A DNA stretch of 64,000 nt from Myxococcota bacterium (GTDB lineage Bacteria; Myxococcota_A; UBA9042; PHBI01; JAWLBL01). Location: positions 128,001 through 192,000 of the forward strand of contig JAWLBL010000008.1 in assembly GCA_041687695.1 (NCBI GenBank). Reading direction: 5' to 3'. This document shows positions 9,349-17,899 of the stretch, piece by piece. Every line of letters starts with the position of its first letter. Within the stretch, counting starts at the first letter, position 1. The notes under the pieces were generated by a model. That model was not told the origin of the DNA and did no database searches. It saw nothing but the letters and a program-made list of their open reading frames with translations. A program made the translations under genes and the position numbers.

Positions 9349-9376
9349 CGTCGATCGGCCCGTGATCCGGTCGTGA

Positions 9377-10768
9377 TCACGCGTGATCGGCGGGGGCGGT
9401 CTCCTGGGCGGGCTCGAGGCGCACGATCAGGTAGGAGACGAGCCCGGCGCGGTTGCGGCCGAGGTGCACGGTCATCAGGTAGCTGTGGCGGCCGCGGCGG
9501 TCGGTCAGGGCGACGGCCAGGCGGCGCACGGGGCGGCGGCGGCGCAGGACGCCCTCGAGGGCCTCGCGGAAGGCGGCGGCGTCGGGGCCGCGGACCAGCT
9601 CGATGAGGTCGAGGTCCTCGTAGGGGTCGGGCAGGACGAAGAGCTTTCGGAAGGCGCGGTTGGCGTGCTCGACGCGGTGGCGCGTGTCGAGCACGGCGAG
9701 CGGGTAGGGGACGAGGTCGGCCAGCATGCGCAGGCGGTTGCGGTCCTCATAGATGCGGTCGCGCTTGAGGTCGTCGAACTGGCGGATGCGGCGGAGCATC
9801 TGGTTCAAGGTCTGGGCCAGGGTGCCGACCTCGTCGGTGCCGACGACGCGGGCCTGCACGCCGAGGTGGCCGAGGCCGGCGCGCTGCATGACCGAGGTGA
9901 CGTGGCGCAGGGGCTGCACGAGGCGGCCGGGCAGGACCAGGATGACCACGGTGATGTAGACGATGGTCAGCAGCACGAGGGTGATGAGGTAGCGGTCGGC
10001 GCGGTCGACGTTGGTGCGGATGGCCTGGCCGGCCTGGCGTCCGCGCTGCGCGAGCTGGGCCTCGAAGCTGGAGATGCGGCGGAGGATGTCGGCGGCGAGC
10101 TGCTCGGAGCGGGCCGCGGCGGCGCTCCAGCGGGCGGCGTTGTTGGCGCGCTGCCACAGGCTGGGGGCCAGGGCCTCGCCGACCAGGCGCTCGGGCAGGG
10201 TGCTGGCGAACTCCTCGAGGAACTGGACGCGGCGGGCCAGCGCGTCGGCGGTGGGGTTGGGGTTCTCGAGGCTCCAGCGCACGATGCTGCGGTCGAGGTC
10301 CTGGCGGACGCGCTCGAGGGCGGCGATCCACGGGTGCTCGTCGGGCGTGCCCTCGCGCAGCTCGGCGAAGCCGTCGGCGGTCACCTCGCCGTAGCGCTCG
10401 ACGCCGGCGGCGATCTCCTGCAGCTCGGCCGAGTACTCGGGGAAGGTCCCGGCCAGGCGGCCCGCCGTGTCGCGCAGCCGGGCGATGCTGGCCGTCTGCT
10501 CGACGAGGTCCTGCTCGTAGTGGGGGAAGCCGTCGACGAAGAGCTGCGTCGCCTGCCGCGACAGGTCCTCGACCGACTCGGCGGCGTAGGCCAGGCGGTC
10601 GACCGCGGTGCCGTAGGCGAAGAACTCGACCATGTAGGCGACGGTCAGCAGGATCTGCGGGATGACCAGGGCCAGCACGCCGACCAGCGCGATGGTGACC
10701 TTGGCGCGGATCCCGGCGTTCTGGACCGAGAAGACGTCCGCGAGCTCCTCGAGGCGGCGCGTGAACAC
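9377..10768 (-). CDS. membrane protein: TM, periplasmic helical domain, TM, HAMP, PAS-like; no kinase output domain
   Basis: Two hydrophobic segments, HAMP (PLRHV...DEVGTLAQTLNQM), PAS-like (LAVLD...HANRAF); starts 3 nt after ktrA ends. Confidence 0.8.
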   Translation of the reverse strand: MFTRRLEELADVFSVQNAGIRAKVTIALVGVLALVIPQILLTVAYMVEFFAYGTAVDRLAYAAESVEDLSRQATQLFVDGFPHYEQDLVEQTASIARLRDTAGRLAGTFPEYSAELQEIAAGVERYGEVTADGFAELREGTPDEHPWIAALERVRQDLDRSIVRWSLENPNPTADALARRVQFLEEFASTLPERLVGEALAPSLWQRANNAARWSAAAARSEQLAADILRRISSFEAQLAQRGRQAGQAIRTNVDRADRYLITLVLLTIVYITVVILVLPGRLVQPLRHVTSVMQRAGLGHLGVQARVVGTDEVGTLAQTLNQMLRRIRQFDDLKRDRIYEDRNRLRMLADLVPYPLAVLDTRHRVEHANRAFRKLFVLPDPYEDLDLIELVRGPDAAAFREALEGVLRRRRPVRRLAVALTDRRGRHSYLMTVHLGRNRAGLVSYLIVRLEPAQETAPADHA

Positions 10769-10771
10769 GCG

Positions 10772-11458
10772 TCAGGCCCGGGTCAGGTCGCGGATCTGCG
10801 CGTCGGTCGCGACGATGGCGACGATGTCCCCCTCCTCGATGAGGTCGCGCTCGTCGGGCTGCATCACCACCTCCTGCTTGAAGACGCTCTTGCCCTCGGT
10901 GTCGATGTGCGGCCGGTGCTTGCGGATGGCGATGACGTTGACGCCATAGGTCGCCGGGAGCTCGAGCTCGCCCAGGGTCTTGCCCCAGAAGCTGGCCGGC
11001 GCGTCGATCTCGAACCACTCGTGGCCGGTCGGCAGGATGAGCCGCTCGTGCATCTCCGGGGCGACCAGCCGGCGGGCGACGTTCTCGCCCATGGCCTCCT
11101 CGGGGTTGACCACGTCGTGGGCGCCGATGAGCCGCAGGATCTGCTCGTGCAGGGCGCTCGAGGCGCGCGCCAGGATGTGCGGGACGGCCAGGCGCACCAG
11201 CTGCGCGACGACCAGGATGGAGACCTCGATGTCGCGGCCGATGGCGACGACCACGCTGTCGACGTCGTCGACGCCGCTCGCGCGGAAGGCGGCCTCGTCG
11301 GTGGCGTCGAGCACGATGGCGTGGGCGACGCGGGTGCGCCAGGTCTCGATGATCTGTGGGCTCGAGTCGATGGCGAGCACCTCGGCGCCCAGATCCGTCA
11401 GGCTCTGGGCGACGCGAGCGCCGAACTGGCCGAGGCCGATGACCGCGAAGCGTTGCAA
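10772..11458 (-). CDS. ktrA: KtrA/TrkA family K+ uptake regulatory (RCK) subunit
   Basis: AGGAGG RBS then TTG; FAVIGLGQFG Rossmann motif, VVVAIG, V.NPEE, TrkA_C-like GKTLGELEL...VNVIAI. Confidence 0.92.
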   Translation of the reverse strand: MQRFAVIGLGQFGARVAQSLTDLGAEVLAIDSSPQIIETWRTRVAHAIVLDATDEAAFRASGVDDVDSVVVAIGRDIEVSILVVAQLVRLAVPHILARASSALHEQILRLIGAHDVVNPEEAMGENVARRLVAPEMHERLILPTGHEWFEIDAPASFWGKTLGELELPATYGVNVIAIRKHRPHIDTEGKSVFKQEVVMQPDERDLIEEGDIVAIVATDAQIRDLTRA

Positions 11459-11592
11459 GGAGAGCCTCCTGGGGTGGCCCGGGTCCGCCGAGGGCGCGGT
11501 AGGACGCCCCCGCGCGGCACGTTGGCCCAGGGGGGCGAGGCGGTCAAGGCCGTCGTCGTCGCCGCCAGGGCCGGTCGGACGCGCATCGGACG

Positions 11593-11780
11593 CACGCGCG
11601 AGGCCTCCGTGGGCCCACGGCACCGGCGATGGGCCTGCGGAGGTGGCCTCCGTGGCTCCGTTGCAGCTGCATCGGAGCCACGGAGTTGGCTTCCCAGGGC
11701 TGGATGCGCCTCCCCGGGTGCTACGGAGGAGGCCTCCCTGGGCCCAGCGCGAGGCGGACGAGGCCCGGGGACAGGCGTCG
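11593..11780. repeat. degenerate 43-bp-period array with a palindromic core, containing a 38-bp near-perfect palindrome (11648-11685)
   Basis: GGC(C/T)TCC recurs at 11602, 11645, 11688 and 11731, weakly at 11774; preceded by CGGAG in units 2-4. Confidence 0.6.
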
Positions 11781-11806
11781 CACCGTGGCACGAGGGCCGG
11801 GCAGGC

Positions 11807-12502
11807 TCAGAGGTCCGCGTCCGACTCGACCGGATCGGGGACCACCTCGACGGCCGTGGCGGGACGGCCAGGGCGGCTCCGAGACGGCGCGAGCACCGCC
11901 CGGACCAGGTCGTCGCGTCCCACGAAGCGGGTCAACACGCCCAGCTCGGTGAGGGCGACCAGCCCCTCCAGCTCGCCGTGTAGCGCGACGCGGCGGATCT
12001 CGGCGGTCTGAGCCTGCACGCGGGCGGCGCGGTGGGCGCGGCCGGCGGCTCCCAGCCGTTCGGTGGCCGCGACGAAGGCCGCGAGCGGGGCGGTGAGGTC
12101 CGCGTGGTCGAGCGCCGTGCCCCGCGCGATGAGGCCCTCGGCGTACTCGCCGGCCTTGGCCGCGCCGAACTTGACCGCCTGGGTCGCCTTGATGGTCCCG
12201 AACAGCTGGGCGTAGGGGGGCTTGCCCGCGTCCTTGCGGGCCGCCTGATAGGCGGCGCTCGACAGGTTGGTCACCTCCCAGTCCCAGCCGGCGTCGGCGA
12301 CGCGCAGGACGGCCGCGGCCTCGGTCACCGCGTCACGGGCGTCGTCGCGGGTCTGACGCTCGGAGCGCAGCTCCGTACGCTTGGCGACCCAGGGCTCGGC
12401 CAGCGGCGCCAGCTCGGGCGTCGCGCGCAGGGCGGCGATGGTGGCGGTGCAGTAGTCGATCATCGACTCGATCGACCAGTTCTCGGGGAGTTGGTAGGCC
12501 AT
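11807..12502 (-). CDS. hypothetical Ala-rich, predicted alpha-helical protein inserted between ktrB and ktrA
   Basis: GAGGA RBS, ATG at 12502, GC3-biased codons, 231 aa; no family recognised. Confidence 0.75.
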   Translation of the reverse strand: MAYQLPENWSIESMIDYCTATIAALRATPELAPLAEPWVAKRTELRSERQTRDDARDAVTEAAAVLRVADAGWDWEVTNLSSAAYQAARKDAGKPPYAQLFGTIKATQAVKFGAAKAGEYAEGLIARGTALDHADLTAPLAAFVAATERLGAAGRAHRAARVQAQTAEIRRVALHGELEGLVALTELGVLTRFVGRDDLVRAVLAPSRSRPGRPATAVEVVPDPVESDADL

Positions 12503-12629
12503 GAGGCGTTCCTCCGCGGCTGGTGAAGGGTGGACTGCAGGTGAGACCACCGGCAAACCACTTCGCGGTTCACCTGTCAACCCGACCCCGGCGTGGGTGC
12601 AGGGTCATCGCAGAGTCCGTCGAGCGTTG

Positions 12630-12771
12630 CGCGCAGCGAGCTGCGCGGGCCCTCGAGCCCCAGCGAGCTGGGGCAGTCCGTCAAGACTCGCCGCCTCGAA
12701 TCCACCGCGGCGTCCGACGACCGGACTGCACGAGCTCGCTCGTGCTCCGGCGTAGCGCGGCTCGCCGCGCT
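12630..12771. repeat. inverted pair of REP-like double-hairpin elements (- 12630-12680, + 12722-12771)
   Basis: 12722-12771 is nearly identical to 3086-3135. The minus copy reads CGGACTGCCCCAGCTCGCTGGGGC...CGCGCAGCTCGCTGCGCG. Confidence 0.85.
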
Positions 12772-12937
12772 GAATGCGAGGCGTGGCGAGCCCATAGGCG
12801 ACTTTGCGACCGCCCTGGGCGTGGGTGCATGGCCATCGTGAGGTCGTCGTTGGGCGTGCTCGGGCGTCCCGCCGAGTTGCGCCACCCGGTTCGCCGCGAT
12901 CACGCGCCTGCCGCCGTGCGGGTCGCACGACCCGTCG

Positions 12938-14686
12938 TCAGCCGACGATGATGCGCGCCTCGGGGAAGTGGATGTCGACGCGGCTGCGGCGCTCGCCGAC
13001 GGCGAGGGCGATGGTCAGGGGGCCGAGACGGCCGACGAACATCAGCAGGGTGATGATGAGCTTGCCCGTCACGGTGAGCTGCGAGGTGGCGCCGAGCGAC
13101 AGGCCAACGGTCCCCAGGGCGCTGACGGCCTCGAAGAGCAGGCTCTCGAAGGCGATGTGCGGCTGGGTCAGCATCAGCATGACGACGCCGCCGAACAGGA
13201 CGGTCGTCGCGATGGCCACGATGGAGATGGCGCGGGTGACGACCTCGCGCCCGATGGTGCGGCGGCCCATCTCGACCTCGGGGCGGCCGAACAGGGAGGC
13301 GCGGATGGAGGCGAAGAGGACGGCGACCGTGGTGACCTTGACGCCGCCGCCGGTCGAGCCGGAGCTGGCGCCGACGAACATGAAGAAGCAGGCGATGACG
13401 AGCATGCCGCGCGACATCTCGGAGAGATCGACCGTGTTGAAGCCCGCCGTGCGGAGGCTGACCGACTGGAAGAAGCTGGCGAGGAGCTTGTGCTGGGTGG
13501 GCAGCCCCGCGAGGCTGCGGTCGAACTCGAGGAAGAAGTAGAGGATCATGCCGGCGGCGACGAGGCCGGCGCTCATCAGCAGGACCAGGCGCACGTGCAG
13601 GGGGAGGTTGCGCCAGAAGCCGGCGGGGCCGTGGCGCCAGGAGCGGGCGGCGGTCAGGGCGGTGACGACGGTGAAGCCGAGGCCGCCCAGGATGATGAGG
13701 GCGGCGTGGGTGCCGTTGATGAGCGGGTCGCCGGCGAAGCTGGCGAGGCTGTCGCCGAACAGCGAGAAGCCGGCGTTACAGAAGGCGCTGATGGCGTGGA
13801 AGATGGCGTACCAGGCGGCCTGGCCGGGGTCGTCGGTCAGCTCCAGGAAGGGGAAGAAGAGGACGAAGGCGCCGAGGCCCTCGACGACGAAGGTCATGGT
13901 GACGATGTCGCGCACCGACTGGCGCAGGGCCGCGGCGGAGCTCTCGTCGAGCAGGGTCTGCATGAGCGAGGCGCTCTTGAGGCGCAGGCGGCGGCCCAGG
14001 ATGACGACCATCGCGGCGGACAGGGTCATGATGCCGAGCCCGCCTATCTGGATGAGCATCATGATGACGAACTGGCCGAAGGTGGTGAACGTCTGGCGGC
14101 TGGTGTCCTCGAAGAGATCGCTGACGGTGTTGAGGGTGGCGAGGCCCGTGACGCAGGTGGCCGAGGTGGCCGTGAACAGGGCATCGACGAAGCCGGCGCC
14201 CTGGCCGTCGGTGGTGGCGCGCGGGAAGGTCAGCAGGATGGTCCCGCCGGCGATGATGAGCAGGAAGCTCAGGACGAGGACCTTGGCCGGGGCCTCCTGC
14301 AGGGCGTCCATGAAGCGCCGGAAGCGGGCGGTGCCGGCCGCGACGCGGAGCAGGACGAGCGCCTGCCGGGCGAAGACGAACAGGGCCCACAGCGACGGGC
14401 GGCCCGTGAGCAGCAAGATGGGCAGGAGCATCAGCGTCTCGGGCAGCAGCCGCCGGAGCTCTGCGCCCGGGCTGCGGCTGTCCCGGACGCGGCGGACGTC
14501 CAGCCAGACGCTCAGGCCGACCGAGATCGCTGCCAGGGCGTAGACGACGACCGTCAACGCCGGGTGCTCGACGAGCTCGTAGCCCTCTACGAGCAGCAGC
14601 GCGGCCAGGGAGACCGCGCTCGTCCAGATGACGCCGTCGAGGAGCTGCAGGCCCTTGGGCCGGAGCGCGTCAGGGGTGCGCGGCAA
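12938..14686 (-). CDS. ktrB: KtrB/TrkH family K+ uptake membrane subunit with extra N-terminal TM region
   Basis: Pore motifs ATSATCVTGL, AISAFCNAGF, SLRTAGF, SALGTVGLS; GSTGGGVK; MFVGRLGP. Confidence 0.93.
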   Translation of the reverse strand: MPRTPDALRPKGLQLLDGVIWTSAVSLAALLLVEGYELVEHPALTVVVYALAAISVGLSVWLDVRRVRDSRSPGAELRRLLPETLMLLPILLLTGRPSLWALFVFARQALVLLRVAAGTARFRRFMDALQEAPAKVLVLSFLLIIAGGTILLTFPRATTDGQGAGFVDALFTATSATCVTGLATLNTVSDLFEDTSRQTFTTFGQFVIMMLIQIGGLGIMTLSAAMVVILGRRLRLKSASLMQTLLDESSAAALRQSVRDIVTMTFVVEGLGAFVLFFPFLELTDDPGQAAWYAIFHAISAFCNAGFSLFGDSLASFAGDPLINGTHAALIILGGLGFTVVTALTAARSWRHGPAGFWRNLPLHVRLVLLMSAGLVAAGMILYFFLEFDRSLAGLPTQHKLLASFFQSVSLRTAGFNTVDLSEMSRGMLVIACFFMFVGASSGSTGGGVKVTTVAVLFASIRASLFGRPEVEMGRRTIGREVVTRAISIVAIATTVLFGGVVMLMLTQPHIAFESLLFEAVSALGTVGLSLGATSQLTVTGKLIITLLMFVGRLGPLTIALAVGERRSRVDIHFPEARIIVG

Positions 14687-14717
14687 TCCTGGTCCGCCTT
14701 GGGTCCGATCGGCCTCG

Positions 14718-17396
14718 TCAGGGCGCCGCGAGCTTGTCCTCGGCCGCCTTCAAGTACTTCGCCGCGAGGGAGTTGCCCCCGTCGAGGCCGAGCGACTTCT
14801 TGAAGTACCCGGCCGCCACCTGGAAGTTGCCCTTCTTGTACGCCTGAATCCCCAGCTGGAGGAACTTCTTGCTCTCCTCCTTGGGATCCGCGGCCGCCGG
14901 GGTCGCCTCGGCCTTCTTGGCGTCTGCGGCGGCCTTGGCCTTGGCGTCGGCCTCGGCTTTGGCCTTGGCGTCTGCGGCGGCCTTGGCCTTGGCGTCGGCC
15001 TCGGCTTTGGCCTTGGCGTCTGCGGCGGCCTTGGCCTTGGCGTCGGCCGCGGCCTTGGCCTTGGCGTCTGCGGCGGCCTTGGCCCGGGCTTCGGCGTTGG
15101 GGTCCGCGGCGGCCTTGGCCTTGGCGTCCGCGGCGGCCTTGGCCTTGGCGTCGGCCTCGGCGTCGGCCTCGGCTTTGGCCTTGGCGTCCGCGGCGGCCTT
15201 GGCCTTGGCCTCGGCGTCCACCTTGGCCTTGGCGTCCGCCTTGGCCTTGGCGTCGGCCTCGGCCTTGGCCTTGGCCTCGATGTCGGCCTTGGCCTTGGCG
15301 TCGGCCTCGGCCTGCACCCGCGCCTCTTCGTCCGCCTTGGCCTTGGCCTCGAGCGCCGCCTTGGCGGCGGCCTCGTCGGCGAGGCGCTTGGCCTCGGCCT
15401 CCTGCGTCGCCTTGGTGTCGCCGGCCGCGCCCTGGTCCGGGTCGACCTGGGCCGGGGCCTCGGTCGGGGCCTCCGGCTTCACCTCGGCCGGGGCCTCCGG
15501 CTTCACCTCGGCGGCGGCCTTGCCCGGCTCGGGCGCGATGGTCGCGGACGCGGGCGCCTCCTGCACCAGGGCCGAGCCGCGCGGGCGCTCGGGCTTGGCG
15601 GTCGGCCCCGGGGCCGGCGCCTCGGGGGTGCCGCCGGCGCCCACCGCGAACCAGATGATGCCCGCCACGACCAGCGCCACCGGCACCGCGATCATCCACA
15701 CCTTCGAGCCGCGCGCCTGCTGCCCGAACGGCTCGTCCTCGTCGAGCGGCGCCATCGTCTCGCCGGCGCCCATGAACCAGGCGTCGGCGTCGCCCCCGCC
15801 CTCGCCGCCGCTGGCCTTGGCCGCCGACGGGTTCAGCGCGGCCAGCTCGACGATGGTGGCGTCCTCTTGCCGGCGCGTGCGCGAATAGACCTCGCCGTCC
15901 TCGACGGGCGCGGCCTTGGCGGTCGCCTTGTCGTCGGCCTTGCCGCCGGCGTTCTGCGCCAGCGAGCCCAGCGGCTGCGTGCTGGTGTGCGTGGCCTGGC
16001 GTCCCTTCTTGTTCTTGCCCTTCTTCTTGCCGCGCCGCTGCGGGCCCTGGGTCACCTCGGGCTCGTCCGCCTCGTCGTCGGCCTGAGCGCCGTCCGTCGA
16101 GGCCTCGTCCGCCGCCGCCTCGGGCGCGGGCGTCGGCGCGGGCTCGGGCTCCGGTTCGGGCTCGGGCTCCGTCGCGGCCGCCGCCTTGGCCGCCTCGGCC
16201 TCGCCGCGGGCCTGGGCCGCCGCGAGCACGGCGTCGCGCACCGACTGCCCGCCGAAGGCCAGCGTCTCGGTCCGGCGCCTCGGCGTCGAGGTCGGCTCGG
16301 CCTGGGGCTCGGCCTCGGCCTCGGCCTCGGGCGCCGCCGGCGTCGACTGGGCCGGCTCGGCGACGGGCGCCGGCTCGGGCGCCGCCTGCGGCTCCGCGGC
16401 CGCCCGCGCCTCGGCGCCTTCGGCCACCGCCCGGATCTGATCGGCCAGGCCCACCAGGACCTCGGTGCTGCGCCGCGCGCGGCCGCCGCTGGACGCGCCC
16501 ACGCTCGCCACGGCCTCCGCCGCCACCAGCGCTGCGCCCATCTCACCGGTCACCAGCGCGGCGATCTCGCCCTCGAGCTCGGCCGCCGTCCCGTGCCGCT
16601 GCGCCGCCGTCTTGGCCAGCGCCTTCATGACGACCGCCTCGTACGAGCGGATGTGGTCCAGCCCGCCGTAGCGCAGGTGCAAGGCCAGGGGCTTCTCGAA
16701 GATGTGCCGCTTGAGCGTCGTCGACGCGCTGGCGCCGGCCATGGTCGGCGCGAAGGGCGGCCGCCCGCGCACCGCCTCGTACAGCAGCGTGCCGATCGCG
16801 TAGACGTCGGTCTGGGGCCCGGTCGGCTTGCCCGAGCACTGCTCCGGGGACATGTACTCGGGCACGCCCAGGTACGGGTCCTTCTTCTTGAGCGGCTTGT
16901 GCTCGGCGACCGCGCCCACGAGCCCGAACCCGTACACCTTGACGCCGTAGCCGCCGCCGTCGATCGGCACCAGCCGGACCAGCTCGCCCGACAGGGCGTG
17001 GTGCTCGAGGCCCTGCTCGCCGGCGGCCGCCACCGCCCGCGCCACCTGGTGGACCACTGGCGCCGCCACCGCGGGCGCGACGCCCTCGTCCTTGCCGACG
17101 AGATCGCTGAAGCTCATCGTCCCGAGGAGCGGCGCTCCCACGAAGCCGCGCGTCCCGTCCGGCGTCGCCCCCGAGGCGATCCACCGGACCACGTTCGGCG
17201 AGTCGACCCGCGCCGACTCCTTGACGATCCGCGTCGCCGCCTCGGCGCCGCCCTCGACGCCCGGGTCGAGGACGAGCACCAGCGCGCGCGCGTCCTGGCT
17301 GTCCGTGCCCTCCCAGAGCTCCCCGAAGGGGAAGGTCGCCCTCCGCTGGTCGAGGCGGTAGGGGCCAAGCGTCATCCCGGGGCTGATCTCACTCAT
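14718..17396 (-). CDS. membrane Ser/Thr kinase-like protein (probable pseudokinase) with TolA-like Ala/Lys repeats and a C-terminal TPR
   Basis: Kinase C-lobe motifs YMSPEQ and DVYAIG retained; VAIK, HRD and DFG degenerate; one TM; (AKAKAAAD)n; TPR-like end. Confidence 0.85.
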   Translation of the reverse strand: MSEISPGMTLGPYRLDQRRATFPFGELWEGTDSQDARALVLVLDPGVEGGAEAATRIVKESARVDSPNVVRWIASGATPDGTRGFVGAPLLGTMSFSDLVGKDEGVAPAVAAPVVHQVARAVAAAGEQGLEHHALSGELVRLVPIDGGGYGVKVYGFGLVGAVAEHKPLKKKDPYLGVPEYMSPEQCSGKPTGPQTDVYAIGTLLYEAVRGRPPFAPTMAGASASTTLKRHIFEKPLALHLRYGGLDHIRSYEAVVMKALAKTAAQRHGTAAELEGEIAALVTGEMGAALVAAEAVASVGASSGGRARRSTEVLVGLADQIRAVAEGAEARAAAEPQAAPEPAPVAEPAQSTPAAPEAEAEAEPQAEPTSTPRRRTETLAFGGQSVRDAVLAAAQARGEAEAAKAAAATEPEPEPEPEPAPTPAPEAAADEASTDGAQADDEADEPEVTQGPQRRGKKKGKNKKGRQATHTSTQPLGSLAQNAGGKADDKATAKAAPVEDGEVYSRTRRQEDATIVELAALNPSAAKASGGEGGGDADAWFMGAGETMAPLDEDEPFGQQARGSKVWMIAVPVALVVAGIIWFAVGAGGTPEAPAPGPTAKPERPRGSALVQEAPASATIAPEPGKAAAEVKPEAPAEVKPEAPTEAPAQVDPDQGAAGDTKATQEAEAKRLADEAAAKAALEAKAKADEEARVQAEADAKAKADIEAKAKAEADAKAKADAKAKVDAEAKAKAAADAKAKAEADAEADAKAKAAADAKAKAAADPNAEARAKAAADAKAKAAADAKAKAAADAKAKAEADAKAKAAADAKAKAEADAKAKAAADAKKAEATPAAADPKEESKKFLQLGIQAYKKGNFQVAAGYFKKSLGLDGGNSLAAKYLKAAEDKLAAP
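14920..15372 (-). repeat. coding tandem repeats (about 24-bp unit, [16 protein letters not shown])
   Basis: Repeated GCCTTGGCCTTGGCGTC blocks on the + strand. Confidence 0.9.
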
Positions 17397-17625
17397 CGGC
17401 GCTGCACCAAATCAAGGGGTAGCTCAGGGTCCGGCGGAGTCTACGCGACCCCAGGGGGGAGGGCAATACGCGGTCCCGGCTGGCTTTTTTGCCCAAGCTC
17501 ACGCCCCGCGCGACCCTGAGCCCTGGAGTTCTGCCACCGTCCGGCCCCCCCATGAATGTTGGCACACCCCTTGCGTCGGTTCCTGACGTTCGCGCCCCTC
17601 CCGCGCGAGGCTCTCCGAGGACCCC

Positions 17626-17835
17626 ATGACCGACCGAACCCCCGAAGGACCCCGCGCGGCCAGCTCCGACAGGGGCTGGATCGAGGTCGAGCGCGGCCCC
17701 GACCGCGCCCTGCTCGAGGCGTGCGTCACGCGGCTCCGCGATCTCTACGCCTGCGTGTACGACTTCCGGATCACGCCCGCCGCCGCCGGGCAGTGGCAGG
17801 TCCTGGTCCGCCACCGCGATCCCCTCGACGGCTGA
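17626..17835 (+). CDS. small hypothetical protein (69 aa)
   Basis: GAGGA RBS before ATG, GC3-biased codons, fills the gap upstream of the transglutaminase genes. Confidence 0.5.
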   Translation: MTDRTPEGPRAASSDRGWIEVERGPDRALLEACVTRLRDLYACVYDFRITPAAAGQWQVLVRHRDPLDG

Positions 17836-17899
17836 GCCGCGGCCGATCCCGCGGCGATCGCGCGGCCCCGGGTGGGCGCCCGGGACGAGACCGGCTACA

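Noticed and set aside
8946..9376. dif or parS site, or the small ORFs 9006..9269 and 8830..9126
   Set aside because: No match to dif or the parS palindrome seen; the ORFs lack RBS, codon bias and motifs.
12503..12937. Small ORFs or a transposase remnant between ktrB and the orphan gene
   Set aside because: Translations derive from the hairpin repeats; no HUH or DDE motif.
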